Assembly (NCBI GenBank): GCA_012026655.1
Contig: JAAILG010001083.1
Span: forward strand, 1-64,000
Length of the DNA: 64,000 nt
Source of the DNA: Hydrolagus affinis
Taxonomy: Eukaryota
Direction of reading: 5' to 3'
The notes under the pieces are model-generated. The model made no database searches and was not told where the DNA came from. It saw only the letters and a program-made list of their open reading frames with translations. Positions 37,113-51,849 of the stretch are shown here, in pieces. Within the stretch, counting starts at the first letter, position 1; each line of letters opens with the position of its first letter. Position numbers and translations under genes: made by a program.

Positions 37113-40100
37113 AATTAGTATTATTATTATTATACAGCAAATAGGCTTTTGTGGCTATCTTTCTTGGTTGCTTCGGTTTAATTGTTAGTTTTTAAAATTA
37201 AAACAACGCATAGAAAGTGAAGTCTGAAGTCAAATCTTGCTTCTAATTCTATAAACTTGAGTTTATTTATACTGCTTTAAAGAGAGAACATGACATTGGA
37301 GCAAACTTCTGTTATTGGGTTAGAACCAGAGCAATTTCTCCCCTTTTTTTGTATTCAATTCATTACTTATTTTAGAATGCTGTAAATCGTACAAAGGTCA
37401 ATTGACATGGAAAACAGTTTGAGTCAGGTTTGAGGCACACGATTACAAGGCAATTCATGCTGGAGCCTGCTTGGGGGGAGGGCGGGCGAAAAAAAGTTGG
37501 TTTCACCAGAGAACCAATTCACACTGTGGCAGCTTAAACGCTGATAGTGCAAAAGAACTTTTAAGTGCCCAAGTAGATTCTGAATCAACCAATGCAATTT
37601 CAAAGCGGGAAATGTAAACCCCAGGCTTTTTTTTCCTCCTCCCGAACAACTTTTCTGCTAAACATGATATTGTCTCACCTCCAGAGCATAAAAAATGTTC
37701 CATGGCAAGTTGGAATTCTCTTCCACTTCCAGACAGAGTGACTCAAACTGAGGTTTGCCCATAGGGCCTCTGGGAGCCATGCCTACATCTATCCAAAAGA
37801 ACTTTGGCTAATTAAGACTATCCCAGGGATATGCAGGTCAGTTCTAATACCCCCACCACTGTCTCGACTGAGATCAGCAAACACTACAACATCATCAGAC
37901 TTGGCACCTCCGGTCTGTACATCTGTCATGCTTATTCATCGTGCTTGTTGAGGCAGCCCGGTGAAGGAATACTTCTTATCTCCTTATTTCATTGGACGCG
38001 GGCTGTGTTTATGCAGTCTTTTTCCCCCGCTCATAACAAAACAGCTCTTAGCCTGCTAACATAACAGCTGCACTGAATTTCTAACATCTGGCTCATTACA
38101 GCACAGATCCTGCCTTTCATATGAATAGTGCCCTTACCATGAGCTCTCTACAGGCGTCAAAGTTTGAGATTTTTTATTACTTACACACACATACATATGT
38201 ACACCTGATCGGCAGACTTCTGCAGACAATGAATGTCCTTATGAGACCCCCAAGTGTGGTCTTTTAATCTGAAGATCAATTCAAACTGCTTAACATCCAT
38301 TCTTGGAGCATGCTTATCGCATTAACCTACTAAAAAGGAGCGCTATCGAATTCTGTTCTGGTTAGCTCATCTATCACAGTGGGGCAAAATTATAGGGGTG
38401 TTACAATTAGGCTAAGTGCCCCCTTTACCACAGGATATGAAGAGGGTTCACTAATCGAAGGCACAAAAATTCCATCTCGTCTTTGGACTAGTAAAATTAT
38501 TTTCCTTTACAATACAGTTATAATTGTACCACATTGTCTTCAAGTTCATGAACGTGCGGAATTGTGGAAAATTCCTGAATTCAGTCTTAATTTGGAAAAA
38601 GTTTTTTCCTCTGTTCACCAAAGATTTGGTTTTGGCTTTTAAATTAAGATTGACTTGCATAATTGATGCCTTTCAGAGAGGGTTAGAGGAGGAGGCCAGC
38701 AAATAAAAACCTGCAGTCTGTCAGACCACAGGTGGTCAAATACGGTACTATTTAGTGCCCAAGGACAGTGGAAAAATTGCCAACAAATATGTGAGAAGCT
38801 GAAAAAGCAGTGGCAGTCACCTTGAATTTTTCAGAGTTGATTATTCCCACATGCAGAAGTGCATGTTTTGACTATTGCTAAGAAGACCGCAGACTCCCCT
38901 CAACAGAAAGGATTGTGAACCCATTCTAGTGCTGCAAGTTCGATTATAAAGCACTAACGTGTGTTGGAATGTCCCTCACATCCTGGTAGCCTTTGTGTGT
39001 CTCTTTATTGTTATTGAGCAGCTGTAAAAAAAAACTAAATAAACAGCCAAAGAAAACAAATGCATGCTTGTGACTTTGCTTGCACTATTCATTCAGTGAA
39101 TAGCTGCCATAAATCCACCCAAGCAGTCGATGCGTTCCAATGTCATGGTATACCACAGAACTATAGAGAGAGAGAAGCGGCTAAAAATAGTATCTGTAGT
39201 GGATTACAATTCAATCAGTGGCTCTCAAGCGACAGCATTCTGACTGACTGACTGACTCACTGACTGAACACTGTCCATTCAGACGCAATTAATCGTCAAG
39301 TTCAATGGAGGATACGCTCAGTTGATGCTAATACATGAGAGCATGTCAGAACCAGGAGAGCGTGTCAAAACCAGTCTCTTCTTTTCAGAGCTCCAGAAGC
39401 AATAAAGAGCTCTACGCTACTACCTGACCCTCAGCAGCAATTGTTATCAAGCCGCACAGGCGCCAAGAAATAATACGGTGGTTGGAAACTGCAACAAAAA
39501 TAGCAATCAAACAGTCATAGTGGATTCTACCTGCACTTCGCCAGAGGATTGAAGATCCAAGGCTTTTTCCTCCAAGGCAGCAAAAGTGCGGCTGCAAATT
39601 GTCTGCACAATTCACTACCATATTGACTTACAGTATGGATGCCAAAAGCAGCTGCGTGTAACTAGCCGTCAGGAATTCATAAGTCATTAGAGCTCGAGGT
39701 AATAACACACTCACCGCCAATTACTCTAAGACGCTAGGATAATGATGCAGTTTCTAATTTCGCCTAAAGTCACCAACAACTAGCGAAAAAAGAGCACAAT
39801 AAGAAAGAGCTCGCCACTTACATTTGTTTTTGCATGAAGGAAAATGCACCTTTTTTTTTTGCAAACGGCACCCGCCCTCAAAGGGTTAAATTGGTTTCAA
39901 CTGCGAACAAAGAGCTTCTTTGTGAGGGTTTCAATGGGAGGCTAACATTGTTTGCAATTAGTTCAATGGGGCTGTTGTCACCTTCCTGCAGACACCACAG
40001 TTATTATTCACATCCTGACCTATTAAAACGATTATGACAACCCAGTCACTTGTATCTCTTAGCTCTTGCACTGAAGTCCGGCCTCAGAATTTGAGTGTTA

Positions 40101-42376
40101 TTCAATTTCAACTTGCGCGATGTGAATCCCAGCTACTGTAATCAATATATAATGAAGCAATACTTTGTCCGCTACATGTATTATTGGTGTTAAACGGTTT
40201 GAGCCCATTAACCTTGCCCAAAGCATCTTGCTAAAAACATCTTGCTAATCGCATTTATTGCAAATGTGCTGTAAAACTAGGATGATAAGTTCATTGAGTG
40301 AAATTAAATGTCTTTGTGATCTTAATAGGGTGATGGATTTTTTTTAAAAAAAAAGCTTCTCCCGGAAACGCTTCCTATACAGTACCTAGCTGTTAAAATA
40401 TACTTTCTTTGTATTGTTCACATGGTAAATAGCTTTGAAGGAAACGGTGAAATTGATATATCCATCCTTTCTGGAACAAGGCCTCAAAATATACTCTGCT
40501 GTGTACTTCAACAGCTAAGATGCACCGATCCATGAAGGAAAACATAAACATCTGCTCTGATGTCTCAGGGGGAAAAGCAGCTTGTGGTATTAGTCTAAGC
40601 ACACCGAGCAGTTCATCTCCTGGTCCATGAAGTTGTCTAAACTCTTCTGGGACAATGATGGGGTTGCAGCTGGGGAAAAAATCTTAAGACTTCCTATCCA
40701 GCTGATAACTGTCCAACAACCCCCTGGTGAAGTGTGTGTGTATATATATGTATGTATTTGTGCAGATGTTAGTCTTGAACAACTACAACTACAATGCACT
40801 CCACAAATGAATAACACACCAGGTCTTACAGTCAACAATTTAGAAATGAAGTATAACTTATGGACTGGAGGGCTGCCCATAGCTCCATGACCAGCCAACA
40901 GCTTTGGGATAAGGAAGGAGTGGGTGAATAAGTAGTTTATGGTTGGGTGGTTTATGGTGAGGGAGAGGGTTTTGAGAAACATAATCCCGTACAATGACTA
41001 AAGCCGTAAGGGCACTGGTTACGAAATGTTGCTCATTTTCTTAGGCAGTTTGGATCTGCTATCTGTCGCTTTCTCTAAGCGTCGTTCAATAACAGCACCG
41101 CGGGACTAAAGAAACCAATGTCCATGTATCATGAGATGTCAACCGTCTACGCTGTGATTGCTTCAATACTTGGGAGGCACAATGTTCTTCTTCGTCTGAA
41201 TGAGTGAACCAGTGGTGCTCCAGTCTTGCAATGGCCTGAAGGTATGGGAGAATTTCCAACTGCAGCTGTGCAATAAATCAACTCTTGACATCTGTGGTGA
41301 CATCATCTAAACCTCTCCGGAGTTGCACATAAATATTTCTGGGTCATTTATGCCAATAAAACTGGGGGCATTTATCAACACCAGAAATAAGTGTCAAAGT
41401 CAAGCTGCCATTTCATAGCGAGAGAGGAAATATTTCTTAGAAATTCGATATATACAGTACTAGACATACAGTTTCAGCTGTTGAACTGAAAAGAGATAGG
41501 GCATTCAAAGAGAATTTATGATTTTTGGCTGTAAATCCTTATCTTTTCCCCACACAAACAATTGTATGTTGGCTCCAAAGTGTGTTGAGAATCTATGTAT
41601 CAAACCCAGTAGGAAAAGGTGTATCCTTATTTATGCCAGTTTAAAAATGTGTTTCAAATCAAATCGGTTTGCCTTAAAAAAAAATCCTTCCTTTACATTT
41701 AGCAGCATTTTTAAAGCCAAAAAAGGCCTTAAAATGGTGCTAAATGAAAATAATTCTATGAATTAACTATTCTTTTGTAAAAAAAAACTACTAAACTGCA
41801 TTCAAATAACTTCTTTTGTTAATACTGTACTCTGGTAACTGGTGTCCACTTTTTAACACTTGTGTAAGTGTTGAGAGTTTGGAAAAGATGCTATGATCAC
41901 TTTTTCTCAGATTTCTTGTAGAGATGCACAACATGACATCCATTTATTTGCTCTGATCCCATTACAGTACACTTTTGAAGATGCCAAATTACCTTTGCCC
42001 CAACACTGTAGAAAGACAACAGGTGGAGACTTGTCAGCTCACATTACACAGCTCAGGTGTGTGAGGTCAAACTAGGCAAGCTTTATCTTATCTTACAGAA
42101 CAAACAGATGTGTCAATGCTAAAACTCTACCGGGGAATTATGAACACAGGAAGAAACAAAATCAAAGAGCAGGCAGCCATGTACATTTCCGGATGCAGTG
42201 ACTGGATCAATAGTAAGAACTCCAGCCAACATCTTCCCCGCTGGGTCCCAAGACTAAAGTCAATTCTAATTCCCTCACTGCTGTCCTTCCGACAAGCAGA
42301 GGCAAGAACCCAAGTGTGTTTAATATTGGCAAAGTATGAACCTTACACAATTATAGGCAATCAAGTCGCAACTGAC

Positions 42377-42565
42377 CTTCCTCAAATCCATCACGGAATG
42401 ATCCCGAGCGACTCATTGTCCTGTGTTTCTCGTCCAAAGACATGGAGCTGTTCCGGAACCTGGAATCACTGTACGGATCATAAGGTCCTTCCTGAGTAGA
42501 CACACTGTGACAGCGTAGCATGCTGGGGTTAGACAGGCTCATTTGGGCAGCTGTAGTTGGACTCG
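42377..42565 (-). CDS. NAV2: NAV2 coding exon (A)SPTTAAQMSLSNP...SMSLDEKHRTMSRSGSFRDGFEE
   Basis: taaacag acceptor after a poly-T tract, G|gtcagt donor, 189 nt. Confidence 0.95.
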
Positions 42566-43097
42566 CTGTTTAAAAAAAAAGAAAAAGCACATTTGTAAAA
42601 TCCAGCTACACTGAACTAAGGTCTGTATTCCAACATAGGACTCTTGTGTTCAGTTAATACCCAAAATATAACTGGATGATTAGCTCACATACACTACATC
42701 TCTTATTCCCCTGGATGTGTTCTTACTTGAAAAATGTAGACATTTTGCATATCCCACAGCAGACAGTTTTGTGGATGTGAATACTACATCCTCTTGAAGT
42801 TAATAAAAAGTAATAAAACTAATAGACAGTAGAGAGAAATTTGTTTTTCTCCTCCTGAGTAACCCTTTCTTATTCCTTCTTTATCCCCCGAGAATTATAG
42901 GGGTTGGCGATGAACACAATGTTTTTTTTTGTTCTTGAAAGTTAAACATTCTGAAAAGTCAAAGGAATGGTTGAGTCTCCATCTCAATGGGGGAGAAATA
43001 GTGGGGGGTGCAAAAGATCCTTAAATATTCAGTGAGGTTTAACAAAGCGAACAAGTTAGCATAGTGAACAACTCTCCTTTTGAGTTCCAAGCCTCAC

Positions 43098-43258
43098 CTA
43101 GCTGAGAGAAATTAAACCTGGTTCCAGAGGGTGATGTGATACTGGAGCCTGGAGAAAACGGTGAATTGGCGGCATTCTCTTGCAGTCCACCTGCAGAGTG
43201 TGAGCGAAGCCACTCTTTCGCCTCTTCGTTGCTGCGCAGTTGAGACGAAGGCGTATAC
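43098..43258 (-). CDS. NAV2: NAV2 coding exon YTPSSQLRSNEEAKEWLRSHSAGGLQ...SPSGTRFNFSQL
   Basis: ttccacag acceptor, G|gtgagg donor, 161 nt. Confidence 0.94.
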
Positions 43259-46200
43259 CTGTGGAAACATCAATGACTGACATCAATGGACACATCCAGG
43301 CATCTCTGTCATCCCACATTTCCCAGCTGGTCCCTATCTTTAGTAACTAGTCTCACAAGTGAGGCTTACAAGAGCAGTTGGAGGCACTATTTATGCCTCC
43401 ATTCCAAGACTGCCTGTGGATTTGATTCACTCCAAGATAATATTTTGGACATTGCATTCCATTATTTGCAATATAGAAGAAACACATATTCTTATCTCAG
43501 TGGGAATATGGAATCTTTGCACGTACACTGAACCCTAGAACTCACTCCCTTCTATTTCCCGTAACTGGTAACCTTCACAGAATGGTATGTAGGTGGGACA
43601 CTGAACAATGATGAAATTGTATCTTGATTAATCTACATCAGACTATCTGTCGTTCACATCCCAGAGCAAGCGCTAGGCAGTCTCAGCACAATCAAGATCT
43701 GTCTTTCTACCAAGTAAAATACAAGTGGAACCATTTCTCTGCAGAATCTCTAAGCCTTCTCCAGAGACAAACGCAGCTCATCGTAAATCTATTGAAACTG
43801 GAAATGTGCTATTCGGCACAGAAGCAAAGATTTGTGCGCGGGTAGTGTACGCCATTTCAGGATTTCTATTCCAATCAAATAATTAGGCAGCACTAGAAAG
43901 TGTGCCACATGCGCCAACAGCAAACAAGACCTAGGAGAGCAGAAATGACTTTGATCAGTCAAGCACACAGCAATTTGCTCCGCAAAACATTTGAGTGGGT
44001 AATTGGTTCAAATGACAGCGTTGTAATGAACGGAAAGCGAAACTAGCAATTCATGTGCACACCTCTGCCGAACATAAGTACTGTGTTGTTTTACGTTTCA
44101 CACACAATTAGATCAGGAATGGATTATTTTGATTTTTTAAAATTGTTTCCTCGTTCCACTTTGTCCCCTGAGTTCACCAACACTTCCCCAGTCTACAATT
44201 TAAAGGCGTGAGGCACACACGCTCCCGTACCTCACCCTCATGGCAAACTGCTCGTGTGTGAGGCTCGTGGCGAGTGTTAGTGTTGATGACAGTTGTCCTC
44301 TGTTGGGATGTCAAGAAAAGGCGCTGAACAAAGATCAAGCCCCTTTCCTCTTCCCAGAAGTCATTTACAGAGCAGGGAGGACGTTAACAGATTATACTAA
44401 TAAGCAGCTTCCCTTCACATCGGGAGGACGCCTCAAGCCGCTGGACAGACAAGGGTTCGTACCCGAGCCTGGGGTCGGATTCAGGAAGGCTGGGAATTCA
44501 CAGATTGGTAAAGAGGGAAAAGGAAAATATGATCTAATTGTGCGGAAGTACTCAAAGGGGTTCCAATCTCCAAAAGTTGATTTGTTAACAGTCAAGGGGG
44601 ACAGGGTGGAGGAGAGAGGAAAATCAGGCACTGTACTGCAGATATTTTTTTTCACAATTCACCCCAACAGAGGCAGAGGGGTCATTAATATCCTGTAGCT
44701 CATATACTTTTACAAAGACAAAACAGATGGATTAGACGACACAATGTAATCCAGTTTCCATGAACAGTCATTCCAGATGTTTTGCTGTGCAACATCTGTG
44801 CTTAATGAGAATAACAAAATAAAGGTGAGACAAATTGTGCACTTGTGTAGCTTAAGGGGTGTTGGAAAAGATACAGTCGTGGGACTCGTACAGTCAAACA
44901 CACCAACTTGCATTTATAAAGCACCCTTCACGCAAGAAGCATCTACTTGGGGGGAGAGGGGAGATGATCAAAGGCATGTCAAAGAGGAAAGGAGTGCCTA
45001 TCTGAAAACAGGCAAAGAGGGGACGAAATGGAGGGATTAAGGCAGGGGGTCAGGCATAGTGGCTGAAACCATGGCTGTCAATTGTTTTACGCTGAATTGT
45101 TGAATATACTGAGAGGAGGCAACATGACAAAGTATTCTGATGTGCTGAACAGCTGACAACCTCATAAAATTATTCAATGTTCTGTTTTTTTTATACATTT
45201 TTCTTTTTTTAATCAACAGGACCCTGACTCACTCACTGTGTAAAAATATTTACAGATTAAATTGTTCCTTTTACCATTTACTATATATGTGTGTGTGTAT
45301 TAACACGTGCTTAATTATCTTGTAATGTTCATTGTTTCCACAGCTGAATTGTAATATGTTTTCTATTACTGTTCCCAACCTGCAGTCCCTGAATTGAATA
45401 GAAAATGCTAATCAGAAGTAAAACTGGCTGTTTATACATGTGTTTTACAACACTTTAATGCAAGTGTTCCCTAACCCCTGGTCATATCCAACAAATGAAC
45501 ATTTCCCCGTTGAAGCCATCGGTAGAAATGTGCCAAAGACATCAAAAAGCACAAACAGTCCCATTGAATACAAAGGCATGCCCTGTGGCGTACATTTGCA
45601 AACAGCCAAAAGATTTCCTCACTCAATCTATTCCATGTCATGTTTCATAACTCTTATATCGTTTAACTTGGTTTTACGATTTCCACACAACCACAATACT
45701 GTAAGAGCATAATTATTAACCATTGAAAAAACATACATGCCCATTGGAAGCCAGAGAGATGAATATATACGGTATGGCAGGGTGTCAAAGGAATGACAGC
45801 AGTGGGCTGCCAGATGGTTTCAGTGACTGTGGGCATAGGGTGGTGGGAAGGGGAAAAGTTACCCAGGCATCGTAATACAGAACCCTTTTTCCTACAGTAC
45901 CCATGAAGGTCAAAAAGCCCATTACCATTGTGTGATGGTACACTGAGATTTCACCTTGGTTTGTTGTTGCTCAGTGAATCCAATGGAGATATCCACATTT
46001 AGCATTCCTTGGCATCACTGTTTTGGTGCAAACCAGGTGTTTATAAGATCTACCACTCCCTCCTCCTCCTCCCCTTCAACCACCCGATCCTTCTTTGCAA
46101 TGTTCCTTGCACAATGCATTTGATCTTTCTACAGTGTTCGATTCGGTCCATGGATTTCTTGGCTACGAAACATTCTGTGGTGGCTCAAAGCTGAAAGGGT

Positions 46201-46589
46201 GTTGTAAACATCAACATTTACCCTATGCCTTCACTGGATTGCTTCATCAGGGCAATTTGCAATACAATTAGCGGAGCGAAGATAATGCCAGCAGTGCACC
46301 TGAACACACTCTGCAAGCAGAAAGTGAGCAAAGGACATCGGCCACAAAAGCACTGGATACATGCTTACAAAACAAACACTGAGCATTTGCTTCATTCAAC
46401 AGCTCAAAACTATCCCAAACTTCATATTGAATGAAAGCGAGCAAAAAAAAAAGGCAAAATGGTAAAACAAAGACACTGAGAAGCTCGCACAATGGAAAGA
46501 TGCCACTAATAACCATTGCCACAGGTATACAGTGCACAGTGCCGGAAACATTAAAAAAAACAGGTGATCTATGAGGGAAGTGCCAATAC

Positions 46590-46634
46590 CTGAATCCCTT
46601 CTTAGGCAAGGTATTCCTATCAAGTTGTGGATCA
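46590..46634 (-). CDS. NAV2: NAV2 45-nt exon (S)DPQLDRNTLPKKGF(R)
   Basis: ttcctacag acceptor, AG|gtattg donor, conserved DRNTLPKKG motif. Confidence 0.93.
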
Positions 46635-48719
46635 CTGTAGGAAAGTGAGAAAAAAAAAGCTAAGGAAAGAGACAACACTTTTTTTTCTAATACGCATTAA
46701 AGAAAGGAACTATATGTGATGGGCTGAGAGACTATCGACATAAACTGAACACCCACCTCTTCTGCAATATGCTCGGTGAAAAAACAGATTGGTACTTCCT
46801 CAAATCAATATCCTGACTGCAAACGAGTCCCATGATATTTTAGGGAAATGAATTCTGAAAACTATTTTCTTTTCCCAATTTGAAAAGGACAAATGTAACC
46901 CGTTCATAGAAACGTAACTTCTCAGCCCTGCAATGGACCTGTGCCAAACAAGCAAATCTATAATTGTGTCAGATACATCGAGAAGAGGTCACAAAACAAA
47001 ACTCAAGGGGACCTGCCATCATTTATCTACTGATCGCTTACAAACCTGTTTTCAAACCTGCTTTTTTTTATATAATTGGAGAAACAACAGAGCACATAAA
47101 AAGATTGTTACTCATACAAAGGGAATGGAATAAAAGGACTAATCAACGACAGTACTGAAGTTTGTTGTAAAAACTTCTTGCTTTGTCCACCCCACGTGTG
47201 ACCCGGTCGGTGCTCAAGATATTAAGTTTCACTTTCATCTCTTCTGTAAAAGAAGGGACTATTTAGTGCATAGACAAAAGATTTAAATGTAGCTGGGAAT
47301 GACAAACTTTGAGATGCTTACGGGAAACATTACTGCAAACATCAGATAAGGTGGTTTTCGAAAACTGAAGCCGTCAGTTGCATTTTGCTAATTTAATCTT
47401 TCCCTTAAATTGTCAATTCTGTGCGAGGAGGTGTGGCTCTCTATTGCATAGTAGATAGTGCATAGAGGGTGAGAAATTCTTCACGTCACAAAGCGTGGTG
47501 ACTTTGACAATATGCCATAGTGACATTCAGCCAATGTCAGCACACTTCAAAGTCGCTACTTAGCAGCATGAGGAATTTCCCACACTTGTTTTCTAAAGCA
47601 CTTCAGATCAGAGGTCGTGAGAGTCACAATAACCATAAAAAAAATGAAGGATCATTGTTGAAAAAGAACTTGAACAAACGTTTTTTTCAAAAAAATTTAA
47701 GTTAAGAATCTTTTTTTCTAAAAAAAAATCACAATCAGCAATTGGAGATTGCCAAATTACACTGAAATGCGGTTGAACATTTAAATTTTAAATAGTGTAG
47801 GAAATGTGCTGAACAGACAAACCAGTTGTATTCAATAAATGTCTGCGTGTAGTGGTCTGAACACCTTGTAATATACAAAACGACTTAACGATTCAAGTGT
47901 TTCATTTTCAACCAAAGATTTTTGACGGATCCGGTAGCCAGCTTGCGTTGTGCAGAGATTCAAAAGTACCCAAAATCAATCAGCAATGATTTTCTATTGA
48001 TATTACATTCGACCATTTAAAATCTTTGCAATGGTCTGTGCACATACGGTTAATTTCATACTTAAGCAAAGCACCACGAACAAGCGCTTGCACAAAGGCG
48101 CAACCCCCCCCACCACCCCACCCCACCCCAACCAGACAGAAAGCTATTGACCAGCACTGCACAACAATTCACAACTGTGCAACATGTACACTGAAGTGTG
48201 GAGTGAAACACTGGCATCTCATGGGAAAACAATTCAGACAGGGGAATGCTGGTGTGACTGTGTATTTATAGATGGTCAGGTCATTGGCAATTTCCATCAT
48301 TTTGTAAATAACGGTTTAATTTCACTAAGAATGCTGTTTCTCAGTCACCCTATTGAGATAACAAACACCACCACACACCCTCACGTAATGTGATGAAATG
48401 TCCCTTTTTTCAATTATCTAACAAAACCAAAATCGAGTACGTTCTGTGTGGCATGTTGCGCCGTGATAAAGTGCTATATCCAATGCAAGGATTCTTATTC
48501 TTATTAGGGTGTTGAACTGATTACAATCTAAGTTAGTGCCTGTTTATTAATGCTCTAACTTTCTCCCCTCTGTAGGTTTATTGCTATTTAAGGTCTAGGA
48601 CATTGGACAATGACAAAAACAGTGGTTTTGCATTCAACAACTCTGGGGGGAAATGTGAGGCTCACCAAATAAGAGTTCAATAATGCCACCGGGTAGTATT
48701 GTATCACACAAACACAACT

Positions 48720-48930
48720 GAATCAATCGCTCAACAATGCAGGGAAGACGCACGTGGTGGAGGCACGGCAGGAAAAGGAGAGTTGTGCGTCGAGACATGA
48801 GGGAGGCCAGGGAGGGAGCAACACGAAGAGATCGTGGGTGGGAGTTCTAAAGAGTATGGGAGGGGCAGAGAGACTGAAAGCCTGGCCACTAACGGTCGGG
48901 CGGGACGGGAGACTTGGGAGCAGACTCTGT
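48720..48930 (-). mobile_element. Degenerate L2 LINE ORF2 C-terminal fragment
   Basis: Translates to PTVSGQAFSLSAP, resembling the L2 motif TVGGRAFS..AP.LWN. Confidence 0.55.
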
Positions 48931-49127
48931 TGCATCTTTTACAAGGTGCACTCACGAATCTGAGGCAATGTTGGGAGTATACAGTTACTAGTTACAGCTT
49001 CTCATGTGGGGTGTCATTTTACCCGCCAAAAGTGGAATCTTTTGAACCTTTTTTTTTAATATATATCAGCTTTAAACTCCCTCTCCCACTTTACCCTCTT
49101 TTCCCCCTTTCTCCCCTAAGCGCACCT

Positions 49128-49310
49128 CTACGACTGTTTGTGGGACACTGCTGTGCGCAATTTTGCTGCCGTGTTTCACCCACAAATATACAGTCAATTT
49201 TCCTACTCTCCTTTCCCCTACCCTGACCCCTCCTGCCCCGAAGCGCTTTGAGATGTCGATAAGATGTGGAAAGCGCTATATTAAATGTAAGGATTATTAT
49301 TATATTATTA
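49128..49310 (+). mobile_element. 5'-truncated tRNA-Deu SINE with a pyrimidine-rich interruption
   Basis: acgactgtttgtgggacactgctgtgcgcaa...gaagcgctttgagatgtcgataagatgtggaaagcgctatat. Confidence 0.82.
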
Positions 49311-50053
49311 CATGTTTTAACTTCTGAATTAAATGAACGGCCATGTCTGAGAAACAGAATATTTCATTGGTAACTATTACCATTCGGCTAATAATATATT
49401 GCAGGCTGGGTTTAAATTCAAACAAGCATACACCACTGTGAAATGAGGTCGGCAAAAGGCTTGGATGCCACTGAACCATGCAACAAGAATCATCTGTGAC
49501 TGTCGCTGTACTTTGAATGATGAGAGGGTAGAATGGAACATGCCACATTAACTTTCAGTCAGACTGTGGTTAAAATTACAGCTTTTAAAAGGATCAAGAG
49601 TACTAGTTCAGTTTTTCTTTCACAGAGCTCTGGGTGCAAATACTCCAGGATCACGGTAATGCTCTTCATAATCACGTGAGGCATTTTTCTATATTAAAAA
49701 AAATTCAGTACACATTTCGCTGGCGTTTGTAGAATCTGTTACTGAAAGCTTTTTTGAACCAACTAGAAAGCATGTGAGATTTATTTCCCCCCCTCACTCA
49801 TCAATTATCCCCATCATTTTCTCTCCTGCTTAAATTGTCACTCTATGTACGAGAGACCAGTTAAAGTGTCACCGTGTCAACAGTTAAAAGTGTCGTTGCA
49901 ATTAAATGTTGGTGTTCCATTTTGAGATTTTGGAAGCCGAGCATTAGATAGTACAATATCGAGCATTTGTTAGCAAGTATTTATTAAAATCCCAGATGAT
50001 CCTTGAATGCAATGGTTAAGATAGCTTAGCGTAATTGTCTAGTTCAGCATTAC

Positions 50054-50119
50054 CTGTCTTGTTTCCTTGGTAATGTATTTCTGTTGAATGTGGGACTAGC
50101 AATGGGGGAAGAGAGAGGG
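50054..50119 (-). CDS. NAV2: NAV2 66-nt exon (S)PLSSPIASPTFNRNTLPRKQD(S), probably a cassette
   Basis: cccacag acceptor, AG|gtaatg donor, symmetric phase 2-2. Matches NAV2 SPLSSPAASPKFCRSTLPRKQD as recalled. Absent from the ORF track. Confidence 0.9.
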
Positions 50120-50721
50120 CTGTGGGATGGAATCAAGCAGTACAAAGAGAAACCGAGAAGAGAAACAGATTAACACTCAGGAAGGAAAGGAATTGAGGAA
50201 TGACATTGATGTTAACAGGTCTAAAGTAATACATCTAAAGCCTACTACAAAATAGCAGCATTGACTTCAAATTCTCAACCCTACCACAACATTGGTGCCA
50301 CATAGCAGAAGATTGCAGAAAGGAGAGTATAAGCCTTTGAAATGTATCAGAAGTCAGTGGTTTTGCGTTACCTATAGGCAGAATGCACACTCCTAAACAT
50401 TCAAACATCAGACTATCATTCAGACACAGACTGGTTTGCAAGCAAGAGGAATGCTCGAAATATCGTTCCTGTAATCTCCCTGACTTCAAGAAGGAGAAGA
50501 GGTTTAGAGACATCTCACAGAAGAAAACAACTGGATCAGAGCCGTGAACAAACCTGCCCAGCAAACAATTACATCAAATACATTTATATGCACATAAATC
50601 CCAATTTGGTACCCGTGAATCACCAAATCCCTGCCCAATAATAACAAAGCTGATCAAGACAAGAATAACAAAAACCCGTGTACATTTCATTACATAAGTA
50701 AAACAGAATTGAATTCCTAAC

Positions 50722-51189
50722 CTCTCTGACATAGCCGTCTTAATGCTGTTCGTCCTCGCGAAAGGAGTAAGGGAATCATCTTTGGAGGAAGGAAGCAAGC
50801 CACTGGTGGAGTTGTGGTGGCTGTGACCACCTCCACTGCTCAGGGAGATGTCAATGGATTCACAGCTAGTGTGGAGACTGCTCACCGACTGGTAACCGGT
50901 GCCGTCCTTGCTGATGGTGGAGGAGCTACTCTGGCTGTTGCCCCACGTTGTCCCGTTCGAGATGGTGGAATGGACAGAGGCCGGACTGGAGGCCAAGGGT
51001 GACTGTGTCATGTCTGTGGTCTTGTTGCAGAGAGGGCTGCTGCCTCCGCTGCCGAGACAAAGCGACGGAGATTCCAGACTGCTCTGCTGGCTCATGGTGG
51101 CGTGAGGATTGGAGATAACGGTGGAATTCTTCATGTTTTCAGCTGTTGTGACGGGAGCTTGCTTAGTGTTTGGCTTGACCCCGAACAGT
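50722..51189 (-). CDS. NAV2: NAV2 coding exon LFGVKP...AENMKNSTVISNPHATM...SLHTSCESIDISLS...NSIKTAMSE(S)
   Basis: aagcag acceptor, AG|gttagg donor, 468 nt. Confidence 0.95.
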
Positions 51190-51849
51190 CTGCTTAAAAG
51201 AAGGCGAAAAAAACTTTACAAGTGGCAATCTTTGCAACAGTAACCTATTGTTCTTTCGGAGATAAAAACACCTGGAGGCACGGATAAAACACTCACTTTA
51301 CAGGAACGCACAGCTGAGAAACACCAATTTATAATTTGACGTTTTCCATACCAGCCTTTTGTTGAAATGATTAAAATACTTTCTCGAGGACTTGCTAGTT
51401 TTGCCTGACGTCTAGACAGAACATAATACCTGATCCTTGATACCCAGTATTATTTTTAACAAGTGGTGAGTGATAGATGCGCTGAAAGACTTCGTCAGGA
51501 AAATTCAACTGACGCATCGCTGAGGTGCAGACATTGAACTGAACTGAAAATGTAAGGACAGTTCAAAATTTCTGCTTGAAACAAGATTTTTTCCTTCCCA
51601 TTTTATTTGAACCAATCAGAGGAAACAAACTCTTCCTGCCACTCCAAACTACTGTGTATTAAATGTCCCACCAGCAATCCTTTAAAATAGCTTAACCGAT
51701 GCTCTTGAGAATCTTAACGAGCGAGCCTGTGTTTATCACTTTACCGATTATGTCAGTTAGCCTCAGTTCCCTTATGCTTCCCCATCCCCGTACCAACAAG
51801 GAGGGTCATTGTTAGCGAGCAGAACCACTTTCATTTCGTGTTCCCGTAC

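Noticed and set aside
39238-39270. (TGAC)n run containing an AP-1 site TGACTCA
   Set aside because: Explained by a short tetranucleotide microsatellite.
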